Positions 1-12,083 of a DNA stretch of 64,000 bases are shown here, one piece after another; the first letter of the stretch is position 1; each line of letters opens with the position of its first letter. The translations under genes were made by a program, and so were the position numbers. The notes beneath the pieces are model-generated. The model saw only the letters and a program-made list of their open reading frames with translations, was not told where the DNA came from and searched no databases. The stretch comes from Antedon mediterranea. Lineage: Eukaryota > Animalia > Echinodermata. The stretch is taken from the NCBI RefSeq assembly GCF_964355755.1, contig NC_092672.1:3596001-3660000 (forward strand), written 5' to 3'.

Positions 1-768
1 TTGATAGACAATTAAATTTTCTTTATATAAAAAAAAAAAACTTTATATTAAATAGACATAATTCTGATAAATTCATGTGAAGTGCTTAAAATCAGCAAAT
101 ATAACACATTTTAATATTATAACAAATGCTAGTGATGTTAATAAATTATAAAGTTAGTGATCATAAATAGAATTCTTTTACATTTCTATAAAATGTTGTT
201 ATTATACAACATATAAATGTAAATTGTTCAAACCATTTCACAAAAACAACCACTTTACGGCCAATAGTTTTTGAGATTATAGAAATATGTACTACCAGTA
301 CAGGTCAAAGGTCAATAAAAATATTTCGGGTCATTTTCTTGTAAAAGTTCTTATTAGACTGAATAGAAACATATACGTTCAGATTAATTTGAGCCCTATT
401 TAAAGTTTGTCCAACTATTAGTTACGGAGTTATATGATATGTAGGTCAAAGGTCAAATATGCCAAAAATCATACTTCCAGCCATTTTTGGACAAACTTTT
501 CCATTAGAACGAATATTAATATGCATCTCCCAAATAATTTGACACTAAAATTATTTAATGTAATCTTAGCGTTGCAAAGATATGGTCATTTTGTTTTCAA
601 TGGGTCAAAACATTCAAATTGAGGTCAGAGGTCAAAGATGAATTTTAGAAATTTGACAACATGGGTTTTTATAATCAGCATGATTCAAATATTCATAAAA
701 CACAATGTTTACACTTTCCCCATGATCTGCACACGAAGGCACTTTTTTTGACATAGGGATCTGGACTA
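1..768. mobile_element. Right end of a non-autonomous DNA transposon, possibly Academ-type, in an intron of NLR copy 1; left end lies outside the window
   Basis: Ends in ...GGGATCTGGACTA (reverse complement TAGTCCAGATCCC, a TAG..CTA terminus as in Academ). Similarity to the paralogue (55824 onward) starts just after it, at ~772. No partner TIR or TSD is visible in the window. Confidence 0.4.
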
Positions 769-1029
769 TTAGTGTATTAAATTACTAATACAACATAAAT
801 ATTTACTCTGAAAATCTAACTTTTTAGTAGACCTATTTTTATTTGTATTCAGAGATTCTCAAAGAATAATAATATGTGTAATATGAGTCTTACTTATTAT
901 GAAGTTAACAAAATTTTTTTTTTTTTAAATAATGAAGCTTCCTAATTATTATTTCGTCCTACATGTGGTCAGGATTGGAATTAAATATCAAACAAGATTT
1001 TGTTTAAATATTATTCTGAAGCAACTAAC

Positions 1030-2387
1030 CTGTTTCTGATTTACCCTCTTTTCGAATTCCTTGTTTTTCATTACTACTGGTTGCCGCTTGCCCTGTTTAA
1101 ATAATAAAATAATAAGAATAAGAACAAAAAAAAAATAAAAATACTTACTTATTCTACCTTAAAAAAACTACCGATTGAGAGCAAAATTATACTTATTAGT
1201 AACTAACCTGTTTCTGATTTAACTCCTTTTCGCATTGCTTGTTCATCATTACTACTGGTTGCCACTTGACCTGTTTTAAGAATCAAATAATAAGAAAAAA
1301 AATTAGAAATCAATTATTATCATTCTACCTAAAAAACTAGCGATTGAGAGCAAAATTATACCGTACATTATTAGTAACTAACCTGTTTCTGATTTAACTT
1401 CTTTTGGCATTCCTTGTTCTTCATTACTACTGGTTGCCACGTGACCTGTTTAATAAATGACAGTATAAAACCTGAATTTATGCTACAATGATATTCTATA
1501 CTAAAAATATCAATTATTGCATTAATTCAACACAAATATTTTTCATTGTATATACAAATAATAATAATTAACATAACAAAACAACAGTTTTAACATGCAC
1601 CTTCAGTCGGCGGACATGGATTTAATGTTGTCAGACTGTTTTTTAATTTTTTTTACCAAATTAATGTTTTTTAGGCTTTTCGCACTAACATACCTTCAGT
1701 CAGAGATGTTACTCTTGCTTCCAGTCCAACTTGTCTTAAATTGTTAATGAATTCTTCAATTTTTTCTTCACAGATTATTTTTCTCTGTTCCAAATCCAGA
1801 ATCATACTCCAGGCATCTTTATAATTCTTTAACGCACTACCATTGTACAATGCATCAATTCTGTCCACATCAGCCTGTCTAAGTCCATTTCCGAAAGCTA
1901 CAATTTGTATTCGATATCGAGTGAACTTAGTAATTTCTTGGTTTTCAAGAAAAGAATGTTTGAGAAGAGCGATGACACCAAACTGTTCAGTTACTTTTAT
2001 TGTCTCGTATAGCAATATACGATTGTCTGAACTTAAACGTCCATTTGCCCTTAATTCCTGTAGTAAGTGTATTGTGTTGGTGGCGCTGTCTATGTTCGTT
2101 AATGCAATTAAATCTTGGTACAAAACTTTCAGCTTTGTGACGAGATTACGTTCATCATACCAAGTTGAAACATTTACTAAATCAAGATCAAAATCTATAA
2201 AATGGTGAAAATAGAACAATATTTAAAAAGTGTATTATTATTTAATGCAACACTAGGATTACTGTATATAATTCATATATGTAAAGCGGACCAATCTTTT
2301 TTAATGTCGGTACTTATTAACTAATATGTTTATAATATTGTATTAAATCTTTATGAGTGAATACATTATCAGTGTACCTGTTGCCAT
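1030..2387 (-). CDS. NLR paralogue 1, 5' part: ATG exon 2387-2378, tandem DED-like exon 2194-1694, three 63-bp mini-exons (1445-1383, 1270-1208, 1092-1030); NACHT exon presumably left of the window
   Basis: Canonical AG/GT junctions, all phase 1, splice to MATDFDLDLVNVSTWYDERN...LTEG followed by GxVATSSNxEQxxxKxVKSET-type repeats. About 90% amino-acid identity to the DED exon of the complete gene (56577-57077). Confidence 0.85.
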
Positions 2388-2631
2388 TTTTCAAATTTCT
2401 GTCTTCATTCCTGAAAAATAAATGTTAAATCGGATCATATTCACAAATATATTTACTTCCGATAGGCTATGACGTGATGATCGTTTGATACCAAGTTCAA
2501 TGTAACGATGATAAGATCAATGATTGAACTGTCTGCAGTTTGTTATAGTCAATAAGTGTGGAGCATCCGGGCAATTTATATAATGTTCTTTATGTCTTGC
2601 TACCCGTGCGTACTTTAGGATTGGCCAGGAC

Positions 2632-2967
2632 GCGATATTTCTTTTCGTACATAAGTTGGGGACCCCTCGTGAAACGTCACAAAATAAACATGAATATTCA
2701 TTAATCATATCCATAAGGTGTGACGTAAGAATTCAGCTAACTACAATTCGCTAATGCAAACGATTTCTGTCGAGCCGTCTGTGTAGTCGAGTGGATAAGA
2801 CTATGGACTTTACATGTCGATGTATGGGGTTCGACTTCCATGAGCTACTTCTTTTACTTTATAGTGAGAGAGAGATTATTTAGAGGGTTAGGTTTAGTTA
2901 TATTTAGGAAGTAGTTCGGCTATCTTTCACATGGGGTCCCCAACTTATGTACGAAAAAAAAAATCGC
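2632..2967. mobile_element. MULE-type MITE (336 bp)
   Basis: TIRs GCGATATTTCTTTTCGTACATAAGTTGGGGACCCC / GGGGTCCCCAACTTATGTACGAAAAAAAAAATCGC; perfect 9-bp TSD GGCCAGGAC (2623-2631, 2968-2976). Same TIR family as 6183-7426. Confidence 0.85.
2774..2848 (+). other. tRNA-derived (SINE-head-like) Pol III promoter sequence inside the MITE
   Basis: A-box-like TAGTCGAGTGG (2784-2794) and B-box-like GGTTCGACTTCC (2828-2839) at tRNA spacing; stems are too degenerate for a functional tRNA. Confidence 0.55.
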
Positions 2968-3696
2968 GGCCAGGACAGGTTGGGCATCAGTGACAAACTG
3001 AACTCAAAGTAACTTCACATTAATGGAATATTAGTCAAAACTAAACGAATTTACTGTATTACAATATAAAAACTGAAAGATAAGTATGTATCTGATTTGT
3101 TTATTGTGATGGCCACATTCTGAATTGAGAGATGAGAAAAATGTGTGCTTGTTTTTTATAGGGTGTACAGATACGTTTAATTGACAGGAACATTTTCGAT
3201 CCACAACCACATACTCGCTCCCTCCCATTAAACGTAACAATAACTATAGTAAGCCTATAAATGGGGTCCGAGTAAACTTCATATTATTGTAGTTGGCGGT
3301 GTTAGTAGGGGAGACCGGGGATGGTTGTCACATTTTTCAGTTTTTTTATATTTTTTAATTAGTGTGATATCATTTTAATTTTTTTTACTTGGTATGTTGA
3401 AGTACAACATCTTACGCATATAATTACAGAATCTTATTTATATAACTCCAATTGAAATATGATATTTTTGCGGTCAAAAAAGTACAGTCAACTGAGACAA
3501 CCTGCCCCATTCTGGGGTTGGTTGTCACGACATATGGGGCAGGTTGTCACAATGTATTTTAATGAGTATTTAACAGAAAACTATATGACTCATTTATTTT
3601 TTACATCAAAACAAACATTTATTCAGTCACTATCAACAGTGCTTCCATAAATACTACATTAACAAATGTTTTTAGTTTTTTTTCTTCTAATTTTTC

Positions 3697-5673
3697 CTAA
3701 TCGGAACCACTAGACTCACAATTGTGACAAACATACACGGCTAAGCCTGTTGTGCAATCTTCATGAGCCCACATTTTACAATCTAAGCATTGGACCCAAA
3801 CTTCTTTAGACCTACTGTTAGAATATGGCTCCATGCATACAAGACAAAAATCGTCATTATCTTCGTCAGAAGATGATTCGTTAATTATAGCCTTCACAGG
3901 CTGCTTTTTTGAGCCTTTTACTTTACTCGACACATCTTTTTTATTTTTTTTAAACAGACTTTTTTTAATCTTATTGTTTTTTACAGTATCTGCTAATTCC
4001 TTTGCTCTTTTTTTTTCCTCAACTGTTTTTTTGAAAGGTGTATCCGTTAAAATTGCAGTGTCACGTTTGCGACTGTTTTGAGCCTTTGTTGTTTTTCTTG
4101 GTCCGGCTTTTGGAAGCGGTCGTAGCTCTTCAGGGGTGTTGCTTTTGGCAGTGAAAATTACACCACTGGGTCCCGGTATGGTACTAGGTCCAGGTTGATC
4201 TTCAAGCACTACTTCAGTTACCTTTACTGGCATTGGCGGTCCATTTAACGGCACTTGCAGGTCATTTAATGGCATTGTTGGGACATTTAACGGCATTGAC
4301 GGGTCATGTAACGGCAGTGACGGTTCATCTAACGGCATTGGCGGGTCATCTAATGGCATTAGAAGGTTATCCTCTGCCCTTGGTTCATCATCTTCAGGCA
4401 CTGGAGCGTTTATTTCAGGCATTGGACGGTCAGTAACATATGATGGTGCAAAAGCTGATTCTGGAAATATATCTCTGTTGTAGGGAAATACCCCAGTTGC
4501 TTTGAAGCCAGCCTGTATGTTGTTTGGTGTTGCAGCAAGAGGATAAGCAGTTGCTACAATTCCAGGAATTTCATATATGGTCATTGTTTTTCCTGGGTGA
4601 TTGAGTATCCAACCATCACAAGCAGTGTTTATATGTTTTTTCAAAGGACCATATACAGACCTATCAAGTGGTTGAAGACGATGTGAACAATGTGGAGGAA
4701 ACGAAAGCATTGTGATACCATTGTCTTTGGCATAATTCAAACCATCGATTGATATATGTGATCCATGATTGTCCAACAACAACAAACATGGCTTCTCCTT
4801 CGAGCATTTTGAATTGTCCACAAAATGTTGTAAAAATTCTAAAAAGTTAATTTCTTTCATCCAACCAGATGGATTCGCCGTGCCCTTGCATCCTGTTGGT
4901 CCATTTGCCAAGAAATGTTCTCGAAAATGTACACGAGGGAATACAAAAAAGGGGGGAATACTGTTTCCAATAGCGGAAACTGCACATGCAATAGTCACAA
5001 GTGTTCCTCTTTCTGCAGAAGTAATGGCGCCAACTTGTTTGTAGCCTCGACGAGCTACCACTTTGTCTGGCTTTTGAACAGTGGTCACGCCAGTTTCATC
5101 CATGTTCCATATGTCTGCGGGCCCAAAGTTGTGTCGAGTTAGAACAGTTGAGAGGTGATTAAAGAACGTGGCAACATTTGTTTTATTAAAACTGCTAGCT
5201 CGTGCCAAACTTGTTGCTTGTGGTCTGCGAATTGATAGATTCGAATGTCTTTTCAAAAATCCAGTAAACCACTCGCTGCTTGCCTGGTCAACATCAGACC
5301 AATTCTGTGGTATCTTTACTTGATTAGCAATAGCTAGCTGGTAGGCAAGTTTGCGAATTTCTTTTGGGGACAGGCCATGGTAGATATCCGACGCTTTAAT
5401 GATATATTCCACTAGTTGTCGTTCCAGCTCTGGAGTAAAGATTAGTCTGTTTTTGACATAGCCAACGGTTATAGATGGCTTTTCCATATTACCTTCTATT
5501 TCTTCGGCACTAATCTTCTGGCAATACCGTGTTAAGGTCCGATAATTGATATCGAAATCTTTAGCAGTGCTTCGGATAGACTTATTCTGCAGTTTTACCT
5601 GCCGAACAGCTCGAAGCATTACATCAGATGATGTTGTACCCTTCTGGGTTTTCCGTTTAAAATTCCGAACCAT
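3697..5673 (-). CDS. pogo-type DDE transposase (658 aa): psq-like HTH, CENP-B-type HTH, DDE_1 with DD35D triad, Pro-rich linker, C-terminal PHD finger
   Basis: Uninterrupted ORF from MVRNFKRK. Motifs WNMDETG, LLLDNH-(35 aa)-LQPLD, and CLVC...[12 protein letters not shown]...CHNC (C4HC3). Confidence 0.93.
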   Translation of the reverse strand: MVRNFKRKTQKGTTSSDVMLRAVRQVKLQNKSIRSTAKDFDINYRTLTRYCQKISAEEIEGNMEKPSITVGYVKNRLIFTPELERQLVEYIIKASDIYHGLSPKEIRKLAYQLAIANQVKIPQNWSDVDQASSEWFTGFLKRHSNLSIRRPQATSLARASSFNKTNVATFFNHLSTVLTRHNFGPADIWNMDETGVTTVQKPDKVVARRGYKQVGAITSAERGTLVTIACAVSAIGNSIPPFFVFPRVHFREHFLANGPTGCKGTANPSGWMKEINFLEFLQHFVDNSKCSKEKPCLLLLDNHGSHISIDGLNYAKDNGITMLSFPPHCSHRLQPLDRSVYGPLKKHINTACDGWILNHPGKTMTIYEIPGIVATAYPLAATPNNIQAGFKATGVFPYNRDIFPESAFAPSYVTDRPMPEINAPVPEDDEPRAEDNLLMPLDDPPMPLDEPSLPLHDPSMPLNVPTMPLNDLQVPLNGPPMPVKVTEVVLEDQPGPSTIPGPSGVIFTAKSNTPEELRPLPKAGPRKTTKAQNSRKRDTAILTDTPFKKTVEEKKRAKELADTVKNNKIKKSLFKKNKKDVSSKVKGSKKQPVKAIINESSSDEDNDDFCLVCMEPYSNSRSKEVWVQCLDCKMWAHEDCTTGLAVYVCHNCESSGSD

Positions 5674-6182
5674 GTTGAAATAACTGTAAATAAACAGAAC
5701 ATTGTCATACATTACTATTTATAACTTGGTTACATGTAATTAATCAAAGAATAAGGCATTTAGTATGTTAAAACAACAAGTGGGGTTGGTTGTCACATTT
5801 TAGTTGTGACAACCAACCCCTTAGTGAGGTCAACCATACAATCCAAGCTAGCAGCCTAGTCATTAACATATGACTGCCTATTCTATTATTCTAAGCCTGC
5901 CTATACATAGTACTATCCGACGGTACCAAATATCTGAGTGAAACTTAATACATCTAAGATTTATAGCATATATGATGAAGTATACATAAATTACTTACGA
6001 TATGAGAAAACAATGAAATTGTAATATTTTTTTTACGAGTGCTGAATCAACCTGTATATCACGATGTAGTATATCAGAAAGCAATATGGAAGCACATGTT
6101 GCATCAATATTTGACTACCGCCACCTAAAATTGATATTTTAAGCAGTGTGACAACCAACCCGTGTGACAACCAACCCCGGTC

Positions 6183-7426
6183 GCGATTTTTTTTTTCGTA
6201 CATAAGTTGGGGACCCCCTCATGAAACGTCACAAAATAAACATGAATAATTCATCAGTTAAATTTTCTTGTTCCGTGTGCACCCAAGCGTATAGCAACAA
6301 GAAGTGATTACACAAGTGCGGTACGATTCTAGGCCTATCTCCGCTGTTGAAGAATAGCGGCGTTTTGTGTGGATTGTCGAAATAATCGGCCTTTAGTTTA
6401 TGGTGTTTTTAATATAATTTATTACTAAAGAATTACGTGTTAAAATTATAGTTTCTATTAATACTATTAGGCCTAATTATTAGTCTCTAAACCCATGTCT
6501 ATTCTAGTAGTAGCTGTGTGGATGTGTGTGACGTGTGTGTGTGTTAGGTATGACCAAAGATAGTTACACTATCTTTGGTAATAGTTACACTATCTTTGGT
6601 ATGACACAATCCGAGTAATAAGTCAGCAAAATTAAACAATAAACATTACACAAAAATACATTTTTTATTCTCGTGGGTCAAATCTTCCCATCTCATGTGT
6701 TCATATACGCGCATTTTTAAAGTTCCTTTGAGTACATTGCATATTGTTTGATAATTGATAGCAGAATTAAAAAAATACAGTACACAAATTATACACATTC
6801 TTTATTCTTGTGGGTCTAAGCTTTCTTTTGGCTATGTCCAAGAACGCTTGGGTGCACACGGAACAACAACTGCGATACGATTCTTTCTACAATAATAGGC
6901 CTAGGAATAGGATTCTAGGTCAATTCACGTGATTGCCTTCGCGCACTCTTCTTCACACACACCACTATGCAAAATGTGTCGAGGCTAATCGACAGCTAGG
7001 CAAAACATTAAAAATAAGTAGTAATTGGACATAGCCCAAAGACACAAGTCACACACACCGTACCCACACAGCTACTACTAGAATATACAGGGGTTTAGAG
7101 ACTAGTAATTAGGCCTAATAGTATCAATAAAAACTATAATTTTAACACGTAATTCTTTAGTAATAAACTATATTAAAAACACCATAAACTAAAGGCTGAT
7201 TATTTCGACAATCCACACAAAACTCCGCTATTCTATTATGAAATCGCACGCGGCAACCACAGCGGAGATAGGCCTAGAATCGTACCGCACTTGTGTAATC
7301 ACTTCTTGTTGCTATACGCTTTGGGTGCACACACGGAACAAGAAAATTTAACTGATGAATTATTCATGTTTATTTTGTGACGTTTCATGATGGGGTCCCC
7401 AACTTATGTACGAAAAAAAAAATCGC
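6183..7426. mobile_element. MULE-type non-autonomous element (1244 bp) with long (~340 bp) TIRs
   Basis: GCGATTTTTT.../...AAAAAATCGC termini; perfect 9-bp TSD ACCCCGGTC (6174-6182, 7427-7435); 6183-~6520 is the reverse complement of ~7065-7426. Confidence 0.9.
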
Positions 7427-7478
7427 ACCCCGGTCTCCCCTATTGCGCAGAACGCAAGAGGAGTGAACAAACATTTAT

Positions 7479-7890
7479 GATTATGATCAGGTTCGGTAAT
7501 CATCCGAGGATTATGATCAGGTTCGGTAATCACCCGAGGATTATGATCAGGTTCGGTAATCACCCGAGGATTATGATCAGGTTCGGTAATCACCGAGGAT
7601 TATGATCAGGTTCGGCAATCACCCGAGGATTAAGATCAGGTTCGGAAATCACTCAAGGATGATCAGGTTCGGAAATCACTCGAGGATTATGATCAGGTTC
7701 GGCAATCACCCGAGGATTATAATCAGGTTCGGCAATTCACCCGAGGATTATGATCAGGTTCGGCAATCACCCGAGGATTATGATCAGGTTCGGTAATCAC
7801 CCGAGGATTATGATCAGGTTCGGCAATCACCCGAGGATTATGATCAGGTTCGGCAATAACCCGAGGATTAAGATCAGGTTCGGCAATCAC
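7479..7890. repeat. 30-bp minisatellite, ~14 copies
   Basis: Unit GATTATGATCAGGTTCGG(T/C)AATCACCCGAG repeated head-to-tail. Confidence 0.95.
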
Positions 7891-9431
7891 TGGCAAAATG
7901 AGATTGAATGTTAGCCTTGTATAGGACCGTACTTAAATATAAAAAACATACATAAGTATTATAATTATCTTATAATATGATATATTGTTTGTTGTGATGG
8001 CATTCTTTGCAAACTCGCTATTTGTTGACGATTATGTGTTGCACAAGAATAGTACGTTCAGTGATATTAACAAGATACCACAATCCACACTCTATTCCAA
8101 ATGACAATGGAAGCATATTATCGGAATTATGCCTATATTCTCATATTATTGTTTTGCAAATATATTAATGAAATATTGTAAACTTACAATTGGCTTAAGA
8201 AGACTGGACTGTAACTGGATCTCGTATCTGGACTATCAATATACCGATACAGTAAAATGTGACGATTTTTAGCATCAACTGCGGCACTCCCTTCGGCGTC
8301 AACTACTGTATAATTATTATTCATAATCCACGTATATGTATGCTATATTGACTTTGGTCCCGACGTCACAAAAGCTATTCCACGGTCCAACGGTCTTTCT
8401 GTTGAAACACAATGCACACAAATATATCGTCGACGTACGACGTCTATAATTATTCCATTCAAAAATCCCTAGAAACTATTTTTAGAAAATTACCAGCTAG
8501 ACTCTTTTTGAATAATATTTAAAAACTGCAGATTATTTTAGTAAGTATTATATTCATGGTATCTTTTATTTGCAAAAACATTAAAATACAGTGGCAGCCA
8601 AAAGCTGAAATAAAGTCCTTCTGAAATCATATGATATTTAGGTAAAAATGATGACTTTCGATTCTCTAACATTTCGATTTAAAAACTACATCGTAAAATG
8701 ATGATGATACACATGGATATCAACAATGCATAATTTGTGTTTCCACGAAAAGGCGAGTGACGAGATTGCGAAGTAAAGAGTGGACACTGACGTCACATTA
8801 AGTTTTTTAGAAACTTCAGTAAATGAAGGACCTTAGCACATGATTTGTGGCAGTTGTACAGTGTATTATTTTGATATTAACGTTTTTATTAAAGTCAAAA
8901 TATGATCATGATTGCAATCTGTATCATAGTCTACATTGTATTGGTGCAATCGTAATTGAGTTGTTTTACTTCTCGTTATACGTCACAATGGGTTCTTGTT
9001 ACTAGCACGATAAAAGGAATTTATCAAAACTTGAGGCGGATAACCAATAATTTATTGAAACTACACCTTTACAACGGTGGCACCCGTTCATACACGGTGC
9101 GTTCTATGTACAGATAGACATTCAACAGATACAAATTAATAAAAATAAACAGATACAAAATAAAACTAGTCAACCGCCGACTCGATCGCCATTATTTATG
9201 TGTAGTATAGCTCTTATGTGTTCAGCTCTTGTATAAAATAACATTAAATACAATATTGTCATGCTATGTAATAACAAATAATTGATTTCTTTGTATTCCT
9301 TATTCAGTTTGACTAAAAACTTGATAAAAGAAAAACATTTTCCCCCAAAAAATATAATTTAAAGCACATTTTTCTTAAATTACAAAGTTTATTCCAGCTA
9401 CAAAGCAAAAGTTTGGGTTGACACACACACT

Positions 9432-9608
9432 ATGAAAGAAGAATATAACAAGTTATATCATTACCTGATCAATTGTATTTATCTAGAGGGATGTTCCAAA
9501 GATGAGAAAAGGAGGATCTTAAGGAAATGCCAACATTTTATTATATACAAAGTAAACATTTACTACTTAAGCCGCACTACCCCAACAACCAAACTCTTTC
9601 TCTTTTAA
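9432..9608 (+). pseudogene. Possible N-terminal remnant of a Ginger/GIN-type integrase
   Basis: 58-aa frame MKEEYNKLYHYLINCIYLEGCSKDEKRRILRKCQHFIIYKVNIYY resembles the Y..L..YL....YP.G..K.EKR..RR....F.....LYY pattern that precedes the zinc finger in Ginger/Gypsy integrases; no downstream core found. Confidence 0.3.
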
Positions 9609-10335
9609 TAAAGGTTATAAATAATTCATAAACAAAATCTGTAATCATAAAATAGTATTTAAAGGCTAAAAGACTATATACATTTTTGTTTTTTCAATTA
9701 TCATTATTATTTGTGTTATCAATGCTGTCTCCATTTTTCGTTAGGCCACAGCTCAATCTTCTCAGTCGGAGCAGTAAAGATTGAAAAAGAAATGGAACGA
9801 ATATAAAACGAGCCATGTGGGGTCATTAAAACTGAATTGGAACGGGTCATTAGATAATGAGGAAACTGGCCAATGGGGCCTAAGAATCTAGGTTGTTTTG
9901 AATACTGGCAGACTAATAACTGTCAATTATGGGTTTATCACATGATCAATGTATTAAATAAATAAAAATATTAAATAATAAAATGTTTTGTTAAAAGTTG
10001 AAAAAGTCGGCATTTTTTTACCCAATTTTCGAAACAATCCCTGTATTATAGTACATGAATTTGAATACAATTATTAATGTTGTATTAATTGTGTATATAA
10101 TTATAAGAATTGGTGGAAAGAATTATTTGATTCACATTAAAATTAAATTGTAGTGGAATTGCTCTTGAAATAAATATAAAATATTTGAGAATTTACACTG
10201 CTAAGGAAATACTCTTGACAAGAATATAAATCACCATTTAATGTACACTCAACTGCAAAAGTTTCCTCTCTGCTTTTTTTGTAAGGGCTTGGGACCTTCA
10301 AATACAAAGTGCAATGAATGATATAATGTAAATTA

Positions 10336-11590
10336 GGCCAAATAAAAAAACATACTTGTTAAGCGTCACCGCCCGCTCCTGATTATCCAGCCGCCTCTCT
10401 TTTTATTTTTATTTTTTTTTACCCATATATAGGCCTACAACGGAAAGTTCAGCGGCCCGGCCCAGCTCCAGAGCAGGGCTCAGAATTCACGCTAGCATTT
10501 TGCTAGTAGATTCTTCATAATTGCTAGTTGAAAATTTCAAAACTAGCAAATGTTTGCTAGGCTGGTGTAATTTTTGAAAAATACGTACTTCTTAGCTTAG
10601 CCACGCTAGCTAGCCACCGATCGCTCTATGTCGACAACGGCAATTTGGTGAAAACAATTGTTTCATTTACACGCCGCCGATTTACGTCAAGGAAACGCGA
10701 ATAGCACCGCGAATCATGTAATGTGGTAAACAGCAAGCTTTTTCCCCAACACATTAAATCACGTGCATTTAGTACGTCGCTGAGGATTACATCATCAGTC
10801 ACGTGATTACAGAATACACGATTATCAATTTAGGGATTTAACGAAATAAATATTTTGCCTACACAGTGGTCGAAGCGCGTTTTTTATAGGTTTGTAAATA
10901 GGAAACACCCCATACATAATGGACTCTACCAATTTTGTTTACGATGATCTCGCGCTCGAGATCGGCACACCACGAGGTCCTGTTGGGCGATGGGTTTTCT
11001 TATGCCTGGTTTACCTGTGGAATAATTACACACACTTTTCGCATCACAACTTTAAATACTGATTTACACAGCAATTGGCAAAGGATTCATCAAAGAAGAA
11101 TGAATACGTTGAATAAAAATTCACTTAAGAAATGCCGTAAGCTGTTTTCAAAATCAGCCCACTATTTAGTATTATTGAGACCAACGTCATCTTCTCGCGA
11201 TAGGGAATTTCCTGGATAGATGAGTCGAGCGAGAAACGGCGGCCGGACCATGGCCGATGAGTGAGGCGGGGGTGGCAGCTTGGACGGATTAGCCTAGGGC
11301 CTACAATTTCGCTCGGTGGCAATTAAATGTAATGTTTTAATTACGTCTGGATATAAACAATACAAAACTCAATTTTGTCATCGGCAATAATATTTCATAC
11401 ATAGTCAATTTTGTTCTGTTTCGCATTTTAAAAGTTTTACGTTTCGTCCTAAAAAAAATTGGGCCAAAACGTCCATCGCGCAAAAATATACCTCCATAAA
11501 AAGTAAAAAAAAAAAAAAAAAAAACCGTCCCCCCGCCCCTGAAAATTTATGAGGGTGTGACGCTTAACAAGTATTTTTTTTTATTTGGCC
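10336..11590. mobile_element. Non-autonomous TIR element with 3-bp TTA TSD (Zator- or Harbinger-type)
   Basis: TTA|GGCCAAATAAAAAAACATACTTGTTAAGCGTCAC ... GTGACGCTTAACAAGTATTTTTTTTTATTTGGCC|TTA. Confidence 0.75.
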
Positions 11591-11729
11591 TTATAATGTA
11601 TTTATTCAAATTGAATGTAATTTATTCACTACATTAATAATTGCTCTTTGAATTTGGCAGCATTAAAAGACGTTCTCGGATTGTACCTTTTGATTGGTTT
11701 CCCTTCCATTTCTTTAGCCACTCGTTTTC

Positions 11730-12083
11730 TATGGGGCGCCATAAGCAGCAAAAGTGTGTAGCTGAAAAATGTATGTGTACATTTAAAATGTGTGTGTGTG
11801 TAATTGCAAAATGTATTTGTAAACCTAAAAATGTGTGTGTATTTGTAAAATTCATGTTTGTAATTGTAAAACGTAGTTGTACATTTGTAAAATGTAGTTG
11901 TACACTTTTAAAATGTAGTTGTACACTTTTAAAATGTAGTTGTACACTTTTAAAATGTAGTTGTAACAAGGAATGTATACTTGTAACGCTTGGTTAGAGA
12001 TCTCTAATCAAGCGTGAAGACCATACCATTTCTCGAGAGGGGTATACCATGGAAAATGGCTATCTGACCGGCGGCCGGCCGCC
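11730..12083 (+). repeat. Left TIR of the giant element
   Basis: Near-perfect reverse complement of the right TIR for ~310 bp, imperfect to ~350 bp; built from ~21-bp AAAATGTAGTTGTACACTTTT-like units, with one more unit than the right TIR. Confidence 0.92.

Larger units (their letters stand above)
3308..7440 (-). mobile_element. pogo-superfamily DNA transposon with intact transposase; right TIR interrupted by a MITE
   Basis: TA|GGGGAGACCGGGGATGGTTGTCACA at 3306 and TGTGACAACCAACCCCGGTC[insert]ACCCCGGTCTCCCC|TA at 7441-7442; TA TSD; subterminal GGTTGTCAC repeats at both ends. Confidence 0.92.

Noticed and set aside
1671-2219. ORF-track starts and ends for the DED ORFs (also 56554-57183) and the MTFFFFF start of the NACHT ORF
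   Set aside because: They run into introns; splice signals define the true exons (2194-1694, 57077-56577, 53745 onward).
2774-2848. Functional tRNA gene (also 26886-26940)
   Set aside because: A/B boxes are present, but acceptor and anticodon stems do not pair properly and both lie inside mobile elements.
1843-5142. Plus-strand ORFs opposite the DED exon and pogo transposase (also 52926-53723, 56843-57094, 27740-28580)
   Set aside because: Antisense shadows of real coding sequence with no independent motifs.
7360-7890. Repetitive ORFs (MIRFGNHPRI)n and a possible CRISPR array
   Set aside because: Pure 30-bp tandem repeat with no unique spacers in a eukaryotic context; the same applies to the 27-, 52- and 97-bp arrays.
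10324-11600. TAATGTA direct repeat as the TSD of the 10336-11590 element
   Set aside because: It does not abut the left TIR; TTA immediately flanks both GGCC ends.
11634-11997. Cys-rich metallothionein-like ORFs (also 43373-43682)
   Set aside because: Translations of the 21-bp-periodic TIRs of the giant element.
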